Origin: Octopus vulgaris
Lineage: Eukaryota
Length of the DNA stretch: 64,000 nucleotides
Assembly (NCBI GenBank): GCA_951406725.2
Contig: OX597825.1
Location: 25,358,001-25,422,000, forward strand
Direction of reading: 5' to 3'
Made by a program: the position numbers and the translations under genes. How positions within the stretch are numbered: the stretch's first letter is position 1; each line of letters opens with the position of its first letter. Below are positions 42,756 through 56,749 of this stretch, in pieces. The notes beneath the pieces are model-generated. The model had not been told where the DNA came from. It searched no databases and saw nothing but the letters and a program-made list of their open reading frames with translations.

Positions 42756-42902
42756 TCGTGCGGGACTCGTGTTGATTGTAGTGAATAAATGAATTACTAA
42801 CAAAATAAATAAATAAAACACATATACAAAAACAACATAAAAACAAGGATTTTTTATATATTTTTTTTGTTGCAATATCAGAAAATAACTTCCATTTAAA
42901 GA

Positions 42903-42943
<41 letters not shown>

Positions 42944-44107
42944 ACACATACACATACACACACACAAAGAAACCACAATAAAAAAAAAGCTAAGAGCAAA
43001 ACAACAAAAAACCCAGAATACATTGCAAATGAGAGGTGTTAATCACATTATCGGATTGAGTAAGTAGAATGAAGTTGGCTATAAATACGAACACGAAGCA
43101 CAAGAATACTTGTATCCCGATATACTGTAATAACCAATGCAAGACTCCGTTGCCTTTTGTTTGTTACAGTTGCGATGAGATAGTATTTCTCTGCGATTTG
43201 TCCCTTTCTTATCATGAAATATTCATTTCAATATTTAAAATGTCTTGGTGCTACGCTTGACTTGGTAATCTGTAACCCTTATACGCTTTATTAAAATATT
43301 CTAATAAATAAGACATGCCAATAAAGGCGGACTTTTTCACTGGTTCGAAGAATTTCGATTTTCAATGAATAGTTACTTGCGTGATATCTGTTATTCCCAA
43401 GACAATCTTTTGACCTTTGCTAGTAATATCGAGTGATATGGTAAAGGAGTGTTGCTAGAACAAGAACGAAGCAAGCTTTGGAAACAGACAGACATCGCCA
43501 ATGAAGTATGTATAGTGTATGTATGTATGTATGTATTTATGTATGTATGTATGTATTTATGTATGTATGTATGTATGTATGTATGTATGTATGTATGTAT
43601 GTATGTATGTATGTATGTATGTATGTATTTATGTATATATATATGTATTTTTTATGTATGTATTTATGTATGTATGTATGTATGTATGTATGTATGTATG
43701 TATGTATGTATGTATGTATGTATGTATGTATGTATTTATGTATGTATGTGTGTATTTATGTATATGCGCATGTGAATGTATGTACACACACATACACACA
43801 CGTGAATATATGAATATATATGTATAGAAACTTGTATAAAATATATGTACGTATGATATGAATATGTGTGTATGCGTATATGCAAATATACAAGTACACT
43901 CATATGAACACACGTATATATATATATGTAAATGTGTTTACAAGTGTACACACTTCTATGCATATATACATCCATATGTACGCCTGCATATGTGTATACA
44001 ATGTATATATATATATGTATGTATATATATATATAGGTATGTATATGTGTGTGTGTATAAGTATATATTTTTATACACACATGTATACGCATGTATATAT
44101 ATATATA

Positions 44108-44147
<40 letters not shown>

Positions 44148-45139
44148 CATACATACATTTATACACACATACGAACACAACCACCACATACCCTTCTATC
44201 TCTTTCTCTTTCTTTCTCTCTCTCTCTCCCCCTCTCTCTCTCTCTCTATATATATATATATGTGTGTGTATATATCAGGAAGGGTGTGTAGTTGTGTATA
44301 TATACGTGATTTCTATCATGAATAGCAAGAAGAAGAAGAAGAAGAAGAAGAAGAAGAAGAAGAAGAAGAAGAAGAAGAAGAAGAAGAAAGCGAAGAAGAG
44401 CAGAAGCAACAAAAGAAAAGAAATAAGGTGAAGAAAAAGAAGAAGGAGGAGAAGAAGAAGAAGAAGAAGAAGAAGAAGAAGAAAGCGAAGAAGAGCAGAA
44501 ACAACAAAAGAAAAGAAATAAGGTGAAGAAGAAGAAGAAGAAGAAGAAGAAGAAGAAGAAGAAGAAGAAGAAGAAGGAGGAGGAGGAGGAGGAGGAGGAT
44601 GAACAGCGTGTGTCTGTCTGTTCTCACTCAAACTAGCAATACACACCGATCAATTATCAAGATCGAAGAACCATTATGTTTCAAGAAGGAAAATCCTTTT
44701 CAGCTGAGATATGTTGCACCATTATCAACACGCGTTGTTCCTTGTAACGATCAAGCAAAAGGTCAGTGTATGCGATAATAATTCCATACATATTTATTGA
44801 GCTTGTTGTTCTGCCGTTGTGGCTGGTGTTGCTGCTGTTGATAATGGTGATGGTGATAATGGTGGTGATGTAAGACGAATATGCGGAGATGGTGTAGCAG
44901 AGATATCGAGTCGTTTGCTCCGTGAGAGAATGTGAAAGATGGTGAGATTATTCTAAGGAGTGGAGCAATAGGAGTAATAAATATACGAGTGTGATTTCTT
45001 TTTTTTTTCGAAATCCGTGCTATATCTGTAGTGAACAGTTAGTTGTCGCTGTGTCAATTTATATAGGTTTTAAATAAATTTACTGTAAACGTACAATATT
45101 TGACTAGATTTTCGAGAATCGCGCTGTGTCTGCCGAGAA

Positions 45140-45873
45140 AAAATAATAAATAAATGCGCCCTTTTCAAGCCTAGCCAGGCTCATGGGCTCGGTTTCCCGG
45201 TTTCTGTGGCGTATGTGTTCCCCAGCTGGACGGGACGCCAGCAGCGTCACTCATTTTTGCCAGCTGAGTGGACTGGGGCAACGTGAAATGAAGTGTTCTG
45301 CTCAAGAACACAACGCGTCGCCCGGTCCAGGAATCGAAACCACAATCTTACGATCATGGTGCTGAGACCCTAACCACTAATCCACGCGCTTCCACAAAAA
45401 TAAATGCGCCCTTTTTAAAGCCTAGCCAGGCTCATAGGCCCGGTTTCCCGGTTTCTGTGGTATATGTGTTCCCCAGCTGGACGGGACGCCAGTCCATCGC
45501 ATAGTTACTCAATTTTTGCCAGCTGAGTGGACTGGAGCAACGTGAAATGAAGTGTCTTGCTCAAGAACACAACGCTTCGCCCGGTCCAGGAATCGAAACC
45601 ACAATCTTACGATCATGGTGCTGGCACCCTAACCACTAATCCACGCGCTTCCACAAAAATAAATGCGCCCTTTTTAAAGCCTAGCCAGGCTCATAGGCCC
45701 GGTTTCCCGGTTTCTGTGGCGTATGTGTTCCCCAGCTGGACGTGACGCCGGTCCATCGCAGCGCTACTCCGTTTTGCCAGCTGACAATGCGTCGCCCGGT
45801 CTAGGAATCGAATCCACAATCTTACAATCATGGTGCTGACACCCCAACCACTAAGCCACGCGCCTCCACTCTC
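45140..45873 (-). mobile_element. Head-to-tail trimer of SINE family C (H2 + T2) inside one 12-bp TSD
   Basis: Three ~210-260-bp copies; TSD gtctgccgagaa at 45128-45139 and 45874-45885. Confidence 0.88.
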
Positions 45874-46173
45874 GTCTGCCGAGAAGCCCTTATAAATTCT
45901 ACCTACCTCATAGCTTCATATACGTCTCATAGTTGTGGTTTATTCAGGTCCCTTGTATTAAGTACCTTCACTATGTGTCTAGAATCATACTACGTCCGTA
46001 GCAAAAATAACAAGCTCTTGTTCTTTCAGCCGATATAACTAACAATTTTGTTACGTTATTACCGTAGAAACACACTGCTTTTGTTTCAATTTAATTTGAA
46101 AATTACTAAGAATTTAATAAAACAACTTTGTCATTATTAGGATGTTGTTTCAAACATAAATTAACAGGAAATT

Positions 46174-46587
46174 AGGGTGTCGAGCTGGCAGAAACGTTAG
46201 CACGCCTGGCGAAATGCTTAGCGGTATTTCATCTGCCGCTACGTTCTGAGTTTAAATTTCGTCGAGGTCGACTTGCCTTTCATTCTTTCGGGGTCGATTA
46301 AATAAGTACCAGTTACGCATAGGGTTCAATGTAATCGACTTAATCTGTTTGTCTGTCCTTGTTTGTCCCTTCTGTGTTTAGCCCCTTGTGGGTAGTAAAG
46401 AAATAGGTATTTCGTCTGCCGCTACGTTCTGAGTTCAAATTTCGTCGAGGTCGACTTTGCCTTTCATCCTTTCGGGGTAGATAAATCAAGTACCAGTTAC
46501 GCACTGGGGTCGATATAATTGACTTATTCTGTTTGTCTGTCCTTGTTTGTCCCCTCTTTGTAGCTCCTTCTGGGTAGTAAAGAAATA
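46174..46587 (+). mobile_element. SINE family A dimer with 18-bp TSD
   Basis: TSD ataaattaacaggaaatt at 46156-46173 and 46588-46605. Confidence 0.88.
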
Positions 46588-46920
46588 ATAAATTAACAGG
46601 AAATTTGAATGGAATGCTTTGATTTCGGTCACTTTAAAACAAAGTTCGTATCGTAGAACCAAGAGTGGTCTTTGGCGAATTGGGAGTTAAAGAGTGTTTC
46701 TGTGAAATGTTTGCAAAAGGTTTCAAGATCCGTTCTGTTATATTGCTAAAGACAATTAGCTTTCGCTGGCTTATTACACATTTTAAAATAGTTACCATGT
46801 TTGATTGCAATATCCAGAGTGAGGTTCATATATTCGTACTGTATCTGTGGAAAAGACACTTAGGTATTACTGTCTCAATCCATAATGATGTGCAGTTTTA
46901 AACATCTAACATGCATTTTC

Positions 46921-47292
46921 TTCTCTTTTACTTGTTTCAGTCATTTGACTGCGGTCATGCTGGAGCACCGCCTTTAGTCGAGCAAATCGACCCCAGGACT
47001 TATTATTTGTAAGCCTAGTACTTATTCTATCGGTCTGTTTTGCCGAACCGCTAATTTACGGGGACGCAATTTATCGGTTGTCAAGCGATATTGGAGGGAC
47101 AAACACACACACACACACACATATATATACGACGGACTTCTTTCAGTTTCCGTCTACCAAATCCACTAAGAAGGCTTTGGTCGGCCCGAGGCTATAGTAG
47201 AACACACTTGACCAAGGTGCCCCGCAGTGGGACTGAACCCGGAACCATGTGGTTGGTAAGCAAGCCTCTTACCACACAGCCATTCCTGCGCC
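46921..47292 (-). mobile_element. SINE family B
   Basis: Homology to family B. Confidence 0.85.
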
Positions 47293-47871
47293 CACATGCA
47301 TAAATATATCTACTTGGCGTTTCGAGAGCCGCATTGTGTCTGTGGCAAAGACACTCGGGTCTCGTTATCGTTTTAAATAGGTAACTTGTACTAATAAGTA
47401 TCTTGTACTAATAGGTATCTTGTACTAACTTGTACTGATACAATGGAGTACGTGTACTCGATGTAAATGGTAGGAGCATTGTAAATTTGCTGAATGTCTG
47501 CCTAACTTGACGTAATGAAGTGCAAACTCAAATATTAGCATAGAAATAATCTTGAGCCCTCTATACCCTCTTGACGTCAAAAAAATTAATCCTTCGATTG
47601 TGGATAAATTTAAAGCTATTGATTTTATTTGTCATACCTCGGTCAGATAAATAAATGAAAATTAGTATCGCTTTGTTGGAAGGAGGGATGGGAAGCCGTG
47701 ATGCTCATGCTTTTCCCAGAAGCGTTACTAGCAGAATTAAAGTCCAGTATTTGTTTTACATGAACCAGAAATCGTAATCTGACCCCCCCCACCAATATCG
47801 TTTCACAGTGAATTTAACTATTTGTCCTACATCGTTAGCTTGAATAAATGAATACTTATTATAAAGAAGGT

Positions 47872-48100
47872 TAAGGCGGCGAGCTGGCAGAGTCGTTAGC
47901 ACGCCGGGTAAAATGCGTAGGAGTATTTCGTCTGTCTTCACGCTCCGCGTTCGAATTCCGCGTGGGGTTGACTTCGCTTTTCATCTTCACGAGGTCGATA
48001 AAGTAAGTGCCAGTCGAGTAGTGGGGTTAATGTAATCGACTTCCTTCCTTCCTTCCTTCCTCGAAATTGCTGGCCTTGTGCCAAAATTTGCAACCAGTAA
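47872..48100 (+). mobile_element. SINE family A monomer, alternative tail
   Basis: Head aaggcggcgagctggcag; tail ggccttgtgccaaaattt. Confidence 0.75.
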
Positions 48101-48169
48101 TTATAAAACGGTTTGCTTTGACTAGATACAAGTACCTGAATGTTAATTAAAACTGACGTTATTAACATA

Positions 48170-48482
48170 GTGAAGGCGCGTGGCTCACTGGTTAGGGTAT
48201 TCGGCTCACGATCGTAAGGTGGTGAGTTCAATTCCCGGCGACGCGTTGTGTCCCTGAGTAAGACACTTTATTTCATGGTGGCCCTATCCACTCAGCAGGT
48301 GAAAATGAGTAGTATCTGTATTTCAAAGAGCCAGCCTTGTCACACTCTGTGTCACGCTGAATCTCCCTGAGAACTTCGTGAAGGTACACGTGCTCAGCCC
48401 CTTGCATGTTAATTTCACGAGCGAGCAGGCTGTTCTGTTAATCAGACAACTTGAATCCTCGTCGTAACCGACGGAGTGCCTG
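48170..48482 (+). mobile_element. SINE family C (H2 + T1)
   Basis: tRNA-like head, gtgtccctgagtaagacacttt body, T1 tail; tattaacata on both flanks. Confidence 0.82.
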
Positions 48483-48534
48483 TTGGGTATTAACATAAGA
48501 GAAGTAAAACCTCATAAGGAATCTACTATATACT

Positions 48535-48984
48535 TATTTCTTTATTACCCATAAGGGGCTAAACACAGAAGGGACAAACAAGGACAGACAAACGGATTAA
48601 GTCGATTATATCGACCCCAGTGCGTAACTGGTACTTATTTAATCGACCCCGAAAGGATGAAAGGCAAAGTCGACCTCGGCGGAATTTGAACTCAGAACGT
48701 AGCGACAGACAAAATTCTGCTGAGCATTTCGCCCGGCGTGCTAACGTTTCTTATTTCTTTATTGCCCACAAGGGGCTAAACATAGAGGGGACAAACAAGG
48801 ACAGACAAACGGATTAAGTTGATTACATCAACCCCAGTGCATGACTGGTACTTAATTTATCGACCCCGAAAGGATGAAAGGCAAAGTCGACCTCGGCGGA
48901 ATTTGAACCCAGAACGTAACGGCAGACGAAATACAGCTAAGCATTTCGCATGCCGTGCTAACGTTTCTGCCAGCTCGCCGCCCT
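48535..48984 (-). mobile_element. SINE family A dimer with 17-bp TSD
   Basis: TSD ggaatctacta(t/c)atact at 48518-48534 and 48985-49001. Confidence 0.88.
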
Positions 48985-49457
48985 GGAATCTACTACATAC
49001 TGTACTTGTGTCGGGTCACATTCTGCACTAAGAAACCAGTATAGTTACATGTTACATGTAAATATATTTGTCACATGATTTTTATTAAAAACATGTCAAT
49101 CAGTGTTGCCAGAGAAAGAATCGGAAATGACAGCAATCAAGAAAGAATGGCATGGAAACTTTTCTCTAGTTTTTATTGACTTTGATGGCTTTCACATCCA
49201 TAGAAAGATATATCTTAGTGGCAGAGCCTTCACCTGCTAGAGTTGCTGGTTCAAATTGGTGTGTCTTATGTGAATGCGTTTTCTTTTGAAATATATAATT
49301 TCTTAAACTAACTCTGAATTACTGGAGTAGATGACAATGCTTTTGTTCCTGTTGTTCCTGTTGTTGTTGCTGTGTTGCCCCAGGTCAGCCCTGATCGAAC
49401 AGGCTCAAAGAATATGGCACACAGAGATCCATCTTGCTTGTTATATTATGTTAACGC

Positions 49458-50068
49458 AAGGCGGCGAGTTGACAGAAACGTTAGCATGCCGGGCGAAATG
49501 CTTAGCGGTATTTCGTCTGCCTTTACGTTCTGAGTTCAAATTCCGCCGAGGTCGACTTTGCCTTTCATCCTTTCGGGGTCGATAAATTAAGTACCAGTTA
49601 CGCACTGGGGTCGATGTAATCGACTTAATACCTATGTCTGCCCTTGTTTGTCCTCTCTGTGTTTAGCCCCTTGTGGGTAATAAAGAAATAGAAATAGGTA
49701 TTTCGTCTGCCTTTACGTTCTGAGTTCAAATTCCGCCGAGGTCGACTTTGCCTTTCATCCTTTCGGGGTCGATAAATTAAGTACCAGTTACGCACTGGGG
49801 TCGATGTAATCGACTTAATCCGTTTGTCTGTCCTTGTTTGTCCTCTCTGTGTTTAGCCCCTTGTGGGCAGTAAAGAAATAGGTATTTCGTCTGCCACTAC
49901 GTTCTGAGTTCAAATTACGCCGAGGTCGACTTTGCCTTTCATCCTTCTGGGGTCGATAAATAAAATACCAGTTACGCACTGAGGTCGATGTAATCGACTT
50001 AATCCGTTTGTCTGTCTTTGTTTGTCCCCTCTATGTTTAGCCCCTTGTGGACAATAAAGAAATATATT
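49458..50068 (+). mobile_element. SINE family A trimer with TSD
   Basis: TSD ttatgttaacg at 49446-49456 and 50069-50079. Confidence 0.88.
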
Positions 50069-50519
50069 TTATGTTAACGTGTAGCTGCAGACTACACTGT
50101 TCACCCCAACGTGCAGCGATAAAATGTATAGGACAGCAATTTGCCAGTCAAGATATATTACACTCCCTCTATATAGATTCCGGTGTTGACCAGAGTGAAG
50201 ATGGACTTGGTTAGAACGCAGCAATTGCTGTTCTCTTCTTCATTTAATGTTACTGGTGTAACATAATAATCCTTTGTACTGTATGTACAAGGTTTAAAAC
50301 TTTGGAGAAGTGGTGGCTAGTCCATTACATCGACTCCCAGTGCTTGACTGGTACTTATTTCATCGATAACGAAAGGATAAAAGGCAAAGTCGACCTCAGC
50401 AGAATTTGAACTTAAAACGTAGAGACGAGTGAAATGCTGCCAAACATTTTGTCCTGCGTGCTAGCGATTCTGCCACCTCGCCACTTTAATGTAAACCATA
50501 ACGATGGTTTCAAATTTTG

Positions 50520-50770
50520 TTGTTTGCCCTTTTAAAGCCTAGCTAGGTTCATGGGCCCGGTTTCCCGGTTTCTATGGCGTATGTGTTCCCCAGCTGGACG
50601 GGACGCCAGTCCATGGCAGCGTTACTCATTTTTGCCAGCTGAGTGAACTGGAGCAACGTGAAATGAAGTGTTTTGCTCAAGAACACAACGCGTCGTCCGG
50701 TCCAGGAATCGAAACCACAATCTTACGATCATGGTGCTGTCACCCTAACCACTAAGCCACGCGCCTCCAC
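50520..50770 (-). mobile_element. SINE family C (H2 + T2) nested among older family A copies (50270-51170)
   Basis: TSD ttcaaattttg at 50509-50519 and 50771-50781. Confidence 0.85.
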
Positions 50771-51859
50771 TTCAAATTTTGGTACCATCAGCAATTTTGG
50801 GGGAGAGGTAAATCGATTACCTCGAACACTTATTTTATCAACTCCGAAAGAATAAAAGGCAAACTCGACTTCGGTGGAATTTGATCTCAGAATGCGAAGA
50901 CGGATAAAATGTCACTAAACATTTTACCTGGTGCAAACAATTCTGTCCATCACACCACCTTAACACTAGCAGTAATAATCCTTTCTATTATAGGCACAAT
51001 GCCTGCAAGTTTGGGGGAGAGGTGAGTCGATTACATCGACCCCAGTACTCCAGAAGGATGAAAGGCCAAGTCGACCTTGGCGTAATCTGAACTCAGAACG
51101 TAAAGACGGACGAAATTCCGCTAAGCATTCTGCCCGGCGTGCTAACGATCCGGCCAGCTCACCGCTTTACTGCCATGAGTAATAATAAACCCACATATCT
51201 ATAGTAGTGAAAAAGTATAGAGGATTAGATCAGTTCCAATACTTAACTTACTGCTTCATCGACTCCACTACCTGACTGATACTTTATTTTATCAACATTA
51301 AAAGAATAAGAAGCAAAGTTGATCCTGACGAGATTTGAACCCAGAACGTAATAATTTTCCCAGCTAGTCACATTTTGGATGCCAATAGCAATAAAACCAC
51401 AGATGTATACTGAAATCAATTGCAATACCAAGCTTACTGCTTTTTACTCTCTCGACCTCGAAACAGCAAAACTCAAACCAATGAGGAGCGATTTGAACTC
51501 GGAATGTAAGGGAGCATAACAAATATCCTTCAAGAACTTTATTATTTATTCCACTCCACTGAATTAACAATATCATTAACATATTGGAATTAATTTGTTA
51601 GACTATGTGTCAATCTCCTGAAAAGTTGGCTTTCTGCCTGGTCAAAACTAATTAGTATTGATCAAAAGCAAATCTAAAACTGACCTAAGAGATGACCAAG
51701 CTAATAGCCGTGCGAATGGCCGTTTTCGTTTTTGTTTCAATGCTGTTAGTTATGGGTTCCGATCTAGATTAGTCGTTTTGCTTCTCCGATTCTGACTCAT
51801 CCAGTGACTGTATATCGATATAAATACGCCAGCTCGCCGCCTTATATATCGATATAAAT

Positions 51860-52292
51860 ATCCTTTTCTACTCTAGGCACAAGGCTAAAAATTTTTGGGG
51901 AGGGGGCCAGTCGGTTAGATCGACCCCAGTACGCAACTGGTACTTACTTTATCGACCCCGAAAGGATGAAAGGCAAAGTCGAACTCAGAACGTAAAGACA
52001 GACGAAATACCTATTTCTTTACTACCCACAAGGGGCCAAACACGGAGAGGACAAACGAAGACAGACAAACGGATTAAGTCGATTATATCGACCCCAGTGC
52101 GTAACTGGTACTTAATTTATCGACCCCGAAAGGATGAAGGGCAAAGTCGACCTCGGCGGAATTTGAACTCAGAACGTAATGGCAGACGAAATACCGCTAA
52201 GCATTTCGCTCGGCGTGCTAATGTTTCTTATTTCTTTATTGCCCACAAGGGGTTAAACAAAGAGGGGGACAAACAAGGACAGACAAAGGGAT
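51860..52292 (-). mobile_element. SINE family A multimer
   Basis: Family A bodies and tails in tandem. Confidence 0.8.
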
Positions 52293-52480
52293 TGCTATTA
52301 ATTGATGTGAGGGTAAGACTAAAAGATGACAACTGTAGAAGTGGTGTCAAATATATAACGATGAATATAGTTCAACAATTGGATCTTTAGAACTACAAAT
52401 ATGGTGTTTAAAGCATCTCAAGATGGAAAAAATTGAAATTAAGATAAATTATGTGTTTCATGGTTCTCTTAAAGCTTCCG

Positions 52481-52625
52481 GTGGCTGTGTGGTAAGTAGC
52501 TTGTTTACCAACCACATGGTTCCGGATTTATTCCGGCACCTTGGGCAAGTGTCTTCTACTATAGCCTCGGGCCGACCAACTCCTTGTGAGTGGATTTGGT
52601 AGACGGAAGCTGAAAGAATCCCGTC

Positions 52626-52685
<60 letters not shown>

Positions 52686-52894
52686 GTGTATGTGCTTGTT
52701 CCCTTCAACATCTTTTGATAACTGATTCTGGTGTGTTTACGTCCCCGTAACTTAGCGGTTCGGCAAAAGAGACCGATAAAATAAGTACTGGGATTACAAA
52801 GAATAAGTCCTTGGGGTCGATTTTCTCGATTAAAGGCGGTGCTCCAGCATGGCCGCAGTCAAATGACTGAAACAAGTAAAAGAGTAAAAGAGTA
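52481..52894 (+). mobile_element. SINE family B
   Basis: Homology to family B. Confidence 0.85.
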
Positions 52895-53324
52895 ACCGCA
52901 TTAAAATTTGTTAAAACTTTACCACTGTACATTATAGATAACGTCTTCGATTTTGTTCCATCGCTAAGATAGTTTACATCTTGGAGTAAAGGGAAAAATA
53001 AGACAGCTCTGATTAAAAGACGCAAGAATACAGCTTTTAGAGATGCTGTTACTAGAAATTGTACCTTCAATACTACCTGTCTATTGCGAGGAATACTGTT
53101 TCTGACCGTGGTATATGTCTTGCTCTGTTGTAGAAATTGTCAACAGCTGGTTAATCAACTTGGTATTTGTATGAGAAATACAATTAGCAGTTGACTCATT
53201 AGTTCAGATTCCTTAATTGGGCATTTAATTAACGTTACACAAAATAAACAGGAATCATTAACGATGTTGCTGAGAACACTTGAAATAATTAAATAGATAA
53301 AACTAAAAGACCAAAGCATGTGTT

Positions 53325-53396
53325 GGGGATATAGCTCAGTGGTAGAGCATTCGACTGCAGATCGAGAGGTCCTCGGTTCGAACCCGGGTGTCCCCT
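53325..53396 (+). tRNA. tRNA-Cys-GCA: tRNA-Cys (GCA)
   Basis: 72-nt cloverleaf GGGGATA...TGTCCCC-T, anticodon loop CTGCAGA, U73 discriminator, intact A/B boxes; T12 terminator follows. Confidence 0.97.
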
Positions 53397-53398
53397 TC

Positions 53399-53410
53399 TT
53401 TTTTTTTTTT
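53399..53410 (+). terminator. RNA polymerase III oligo(T) terminator
   Basis: T12 run starting 3 nt after the tRNA 3' end. Confidence 0.8.
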
Positions 53411-53656
53411 ATATCAGCCCCCGTCTTTCCTTTCTTTCGGTTTCCTTCTCTCTATCTCTTTCTCTCTATCCGTCTCTTCTCTTTCTCTATCATTTGATTG
53501 CGTTGTTGTTTGCATTCGTATTTGCATATGTATATTGTAAAGAAATAGGGCAAAATTGTAAAACCGGTAACGCATAGATTTTTTTCTTCTCTAAATGTTT
53601 GTACTATTTGACGCCATCCCCTTGAGTCAAGTTGGTGTTCACGCCTATTATCTTTT

Positions 53657-54067
53657 TCTCTTTTTACTCTTTTACTTGTTTCAGTCATTTGACTGCGGCC
53701 ATACTGGAGCACCGCCTTTAGTCGAGCAAATCGACCCCAGGACTTATTCTTTGGAAGCCTAGTACTTATTCTATCGGTCTCTTTTGCCGAGCCGTTAAGT
53801 TACGGGGACGTAAACAAACCACCATCGGTTGTCAAGCGATGTTAGGGGGACAAATACAGATACACAAACATATATACACACACACACACACATATATATA
53901 TATACATATATACGACAGGCTTCTTTCACTTTCCGTCTAACAAATCCACTCACAAGGCTTTGGTCGACCCGAGGCTAAAGTAGAAGACACTTCCCCAAGG
54001 TGCCGGAATGAACCCGGAACCATGTGGGTGGTAAGCAAGCTACTTACCACACAGCCACTCCTGCACC
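53657..54067 (-). mobile_element. SINE family B
   Basis: Homology to family B. Confidence 0.85.
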
Positions 54068-55258
54068 TTATTCCTTATTTTTCTTTCTTTTTCTGAAGAA
54101 TCAAATCCTTCAGAAAAATATGCAGCCCCATCTGACAATTTTCAAAGAAATCTTGGAATTTCTACGAGCACTGCCTGTAAGACAGTTCCGCAACTTCTTG
54201 CTGAAGAACCTGTGGACATGACTGGTTTACAGTGATCACATGTTCGTGCCACACATTAGATCACTCCCTCCATCAAATCGACGTTGCCTGACCAGATGCA
54301 CGGTTTTACCAAACGTCAGGTGTCGAAGTGATCGCAGAGCAATATGAAGTGAAGTGTATTGCCCAAGAACACAACGCACCATCCGGTGTAAGAACTGAAG
54401 CCACGATATCACGATTGTGAGTGGAACACCCTTACCACTTGGCCATGCATCATCACAGAATAATGAAATAGTGAACCAAGTTTCGGTGTAGTAACTATTA
54501 TAACAATGTTAACTATGGATCGGAATCGAAGATATGATCAAAATTTTTAACTATGTCATCAAGAATAGTCGACACATGCATCCAAACAGAAGCAAGGGCA
54601 TTTATTAAAACGTCAAATTTCTACGTATACCGCCATTTTTGTTTGAAAGGCAGGCAGCCTTGTCACATGACAGTAAAAAAGTCAAACACTGCACGATTTA
54701 ACGACGTTCCTTTCCGGCTTCAGTTCAGAACTCAGCATGGTTCGACTTCGACACTCATAATTCTAGGATCAAATACCTTTCTTCCCTGTGGTAACTAATT
54801 ACAAGGGTTAAATATATTGGCACCAGACACAAAGGGGCCCACGTTCTCCCATAGTCAACATGGCTATGTGGCTATTTGTCGTCTGTTTATCTGCAAAAGC
54901 AATTCCCACATACAACATGAGAAAGAGAAAGAAGGACAAACGGAAGATAATGAGAAAAATTGGCTTCTAAATTTCTTAACATAGTTTTATCATAATTAGT
55001 GAAAACAAATGATTCCACGTTCTACATAACTTACACACATACATATAAACAAACTTTCTTTTCCTTCCATAAGGCTTCTCTAACATACGCATATATAATG
55101 TGAAAACAGTGAGAGAAGGAGAGATGGACAGAAGACAACAGAGAAAGAGAGAGAGAGAGAGGGGGGAGAGAGAATGAGAGAGAGAGAGAGAGGGTGGGAG
55201 CGGATGGAAAATAAATAAGAAAAATATCCATAAAAATAATTATGGAAAGAAAAAGAGA

Positions 55259-55330
55259 AGGGGACACCCGGGTTCGAACCAGGGACCTCTCGATCTGCAG
55301 TCGAATGCTCTACCACTGAGCTATATCCCC
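55259..55330 (-). tRNA. tRNA-Cys-GCA: tRNA-Cys (GCA)
   Basis: 72 nt; differs from the 53325 copy only in the T-stem (CCTGG); T4 run downstream. Confidence 0.97.
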
Positions 55331-56224
55331 AACTGCAGCAGGTAGCCTATTTTAGCAAATATAAAGAGAACAAACGTTCACAGTTATGCCCATCAATCTT
55401 TAGCATTTCTTTGATGTAAGGTTATTCTAATGACGAACCAACCGTTGTATCTATTTATGTTTTTTCCCACTGACACAATCTTGATCAACTTGTTGGGCAT
55501 TTCTATTGTAAAGTACAACCATATCGTAGTCAGGTGTGGAATACATACATACATACATACATACATACATACATACATACATACATACATACATACATAC
55601 ATACATGCATACTAACAAACAAACAAACGTACATACATACATAAATATATACATACATACATGCATACATACATACATACATACATACATACATACATAC
55701 ATACATACATACATGCATAGAGGTATATATACCATCGTAGACGTTAGCTGGTCTGCAGATATAAATATCTCTTTGAAAATCAAAGAAAAAGAGGATATCT
55801 ATGGACAATGCTTCTATATCGAAACTATGAATTCATTTTCAAACCAATAATAATAGAACTAGGTTTTGTTAGTAAATGCTTAAAGAAGAATCTGGATAAA
55901 CTGGGATTTTCAGAAAGAGATATCAACTGGCTTATTCATACATTGCGAGTGTAATCTGTGAGTGGAACAGTAAAAATAAGCAAGACTTTTCTCAGTTCTA
56001 AATGTGGATTTGTCAGTGTTAACTACATCCCAATGATGGAGCCTTGTATCTTTGTTCGAAACCGGCTCCCTCCTCAGTGGAAGATTTATAATAATTAAAA
56101 AATAGAAGAGACATACGTATATACAATGATGCATAGATGCATATATAAAAACAATAGAGACAGCAAAACCCTCGAAACTCCAAAATACAACCAAAGACGA
56201 TGATTATGTCACATTTCTGTGGAA

Positions 56225-56670
56225 GATGTCATATATGTGATTACCAGCTGCTCCTTGAGCAGCTTTCTTTGGTTGATAACCTTAAATACTTGCCTAAAGA
56301 AGTTGCACGACTCCGCCGCAACATATTATCTGCTAAAAAGATGAGCATATATGAGCAGAAGACTATGCATGGATATGCTAATAGAAAGCTCTGACATGAT
56401 TTATTTCTTTATTGCCCACAAGGGGCTAAACATAGAGGGGACAAACAAGGACAGACAAACAGATTAAGTCGATTACATCGACTCCAGTGCGTAACTGGTA
56501 CTTAATTTATCGACCCCGAAAGGATGAAAGGCAAAGTCGACCTCGGCGGAATTTGAACTCACAACGTAACGGCAGACGAAATACGGCTACGCATTTCGCC
56601 CGGCGTGCTAACGTTTCTGCCAGCTCGCCGCTTGATAGAAACATTGATCGTCAAAGCAGTGTATCATGGA

Positions 56671-56675
<5 letters not shown>
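56225..56675 (+). mobile_element. R4/Dong-like LINE fragment, paralog of 58270-58870, interrupted by SINE family A (56400-56631, minus strand)
   Basis: Shares atatgagcagaagactatgcatggatatg..tagaaagctctga and gatcgtcaaagcagtgtatcatggacca with the 58.8-kb copy. Confidence 0.65.

Positions 56676-56749
<74 letters not shown>

Noticed and set aside
44655-44712. CUGAAAA...GAAA hammerhead-like motif on the minus strand
   Set aside because: Core mismatch, and helices I and III do not pair.
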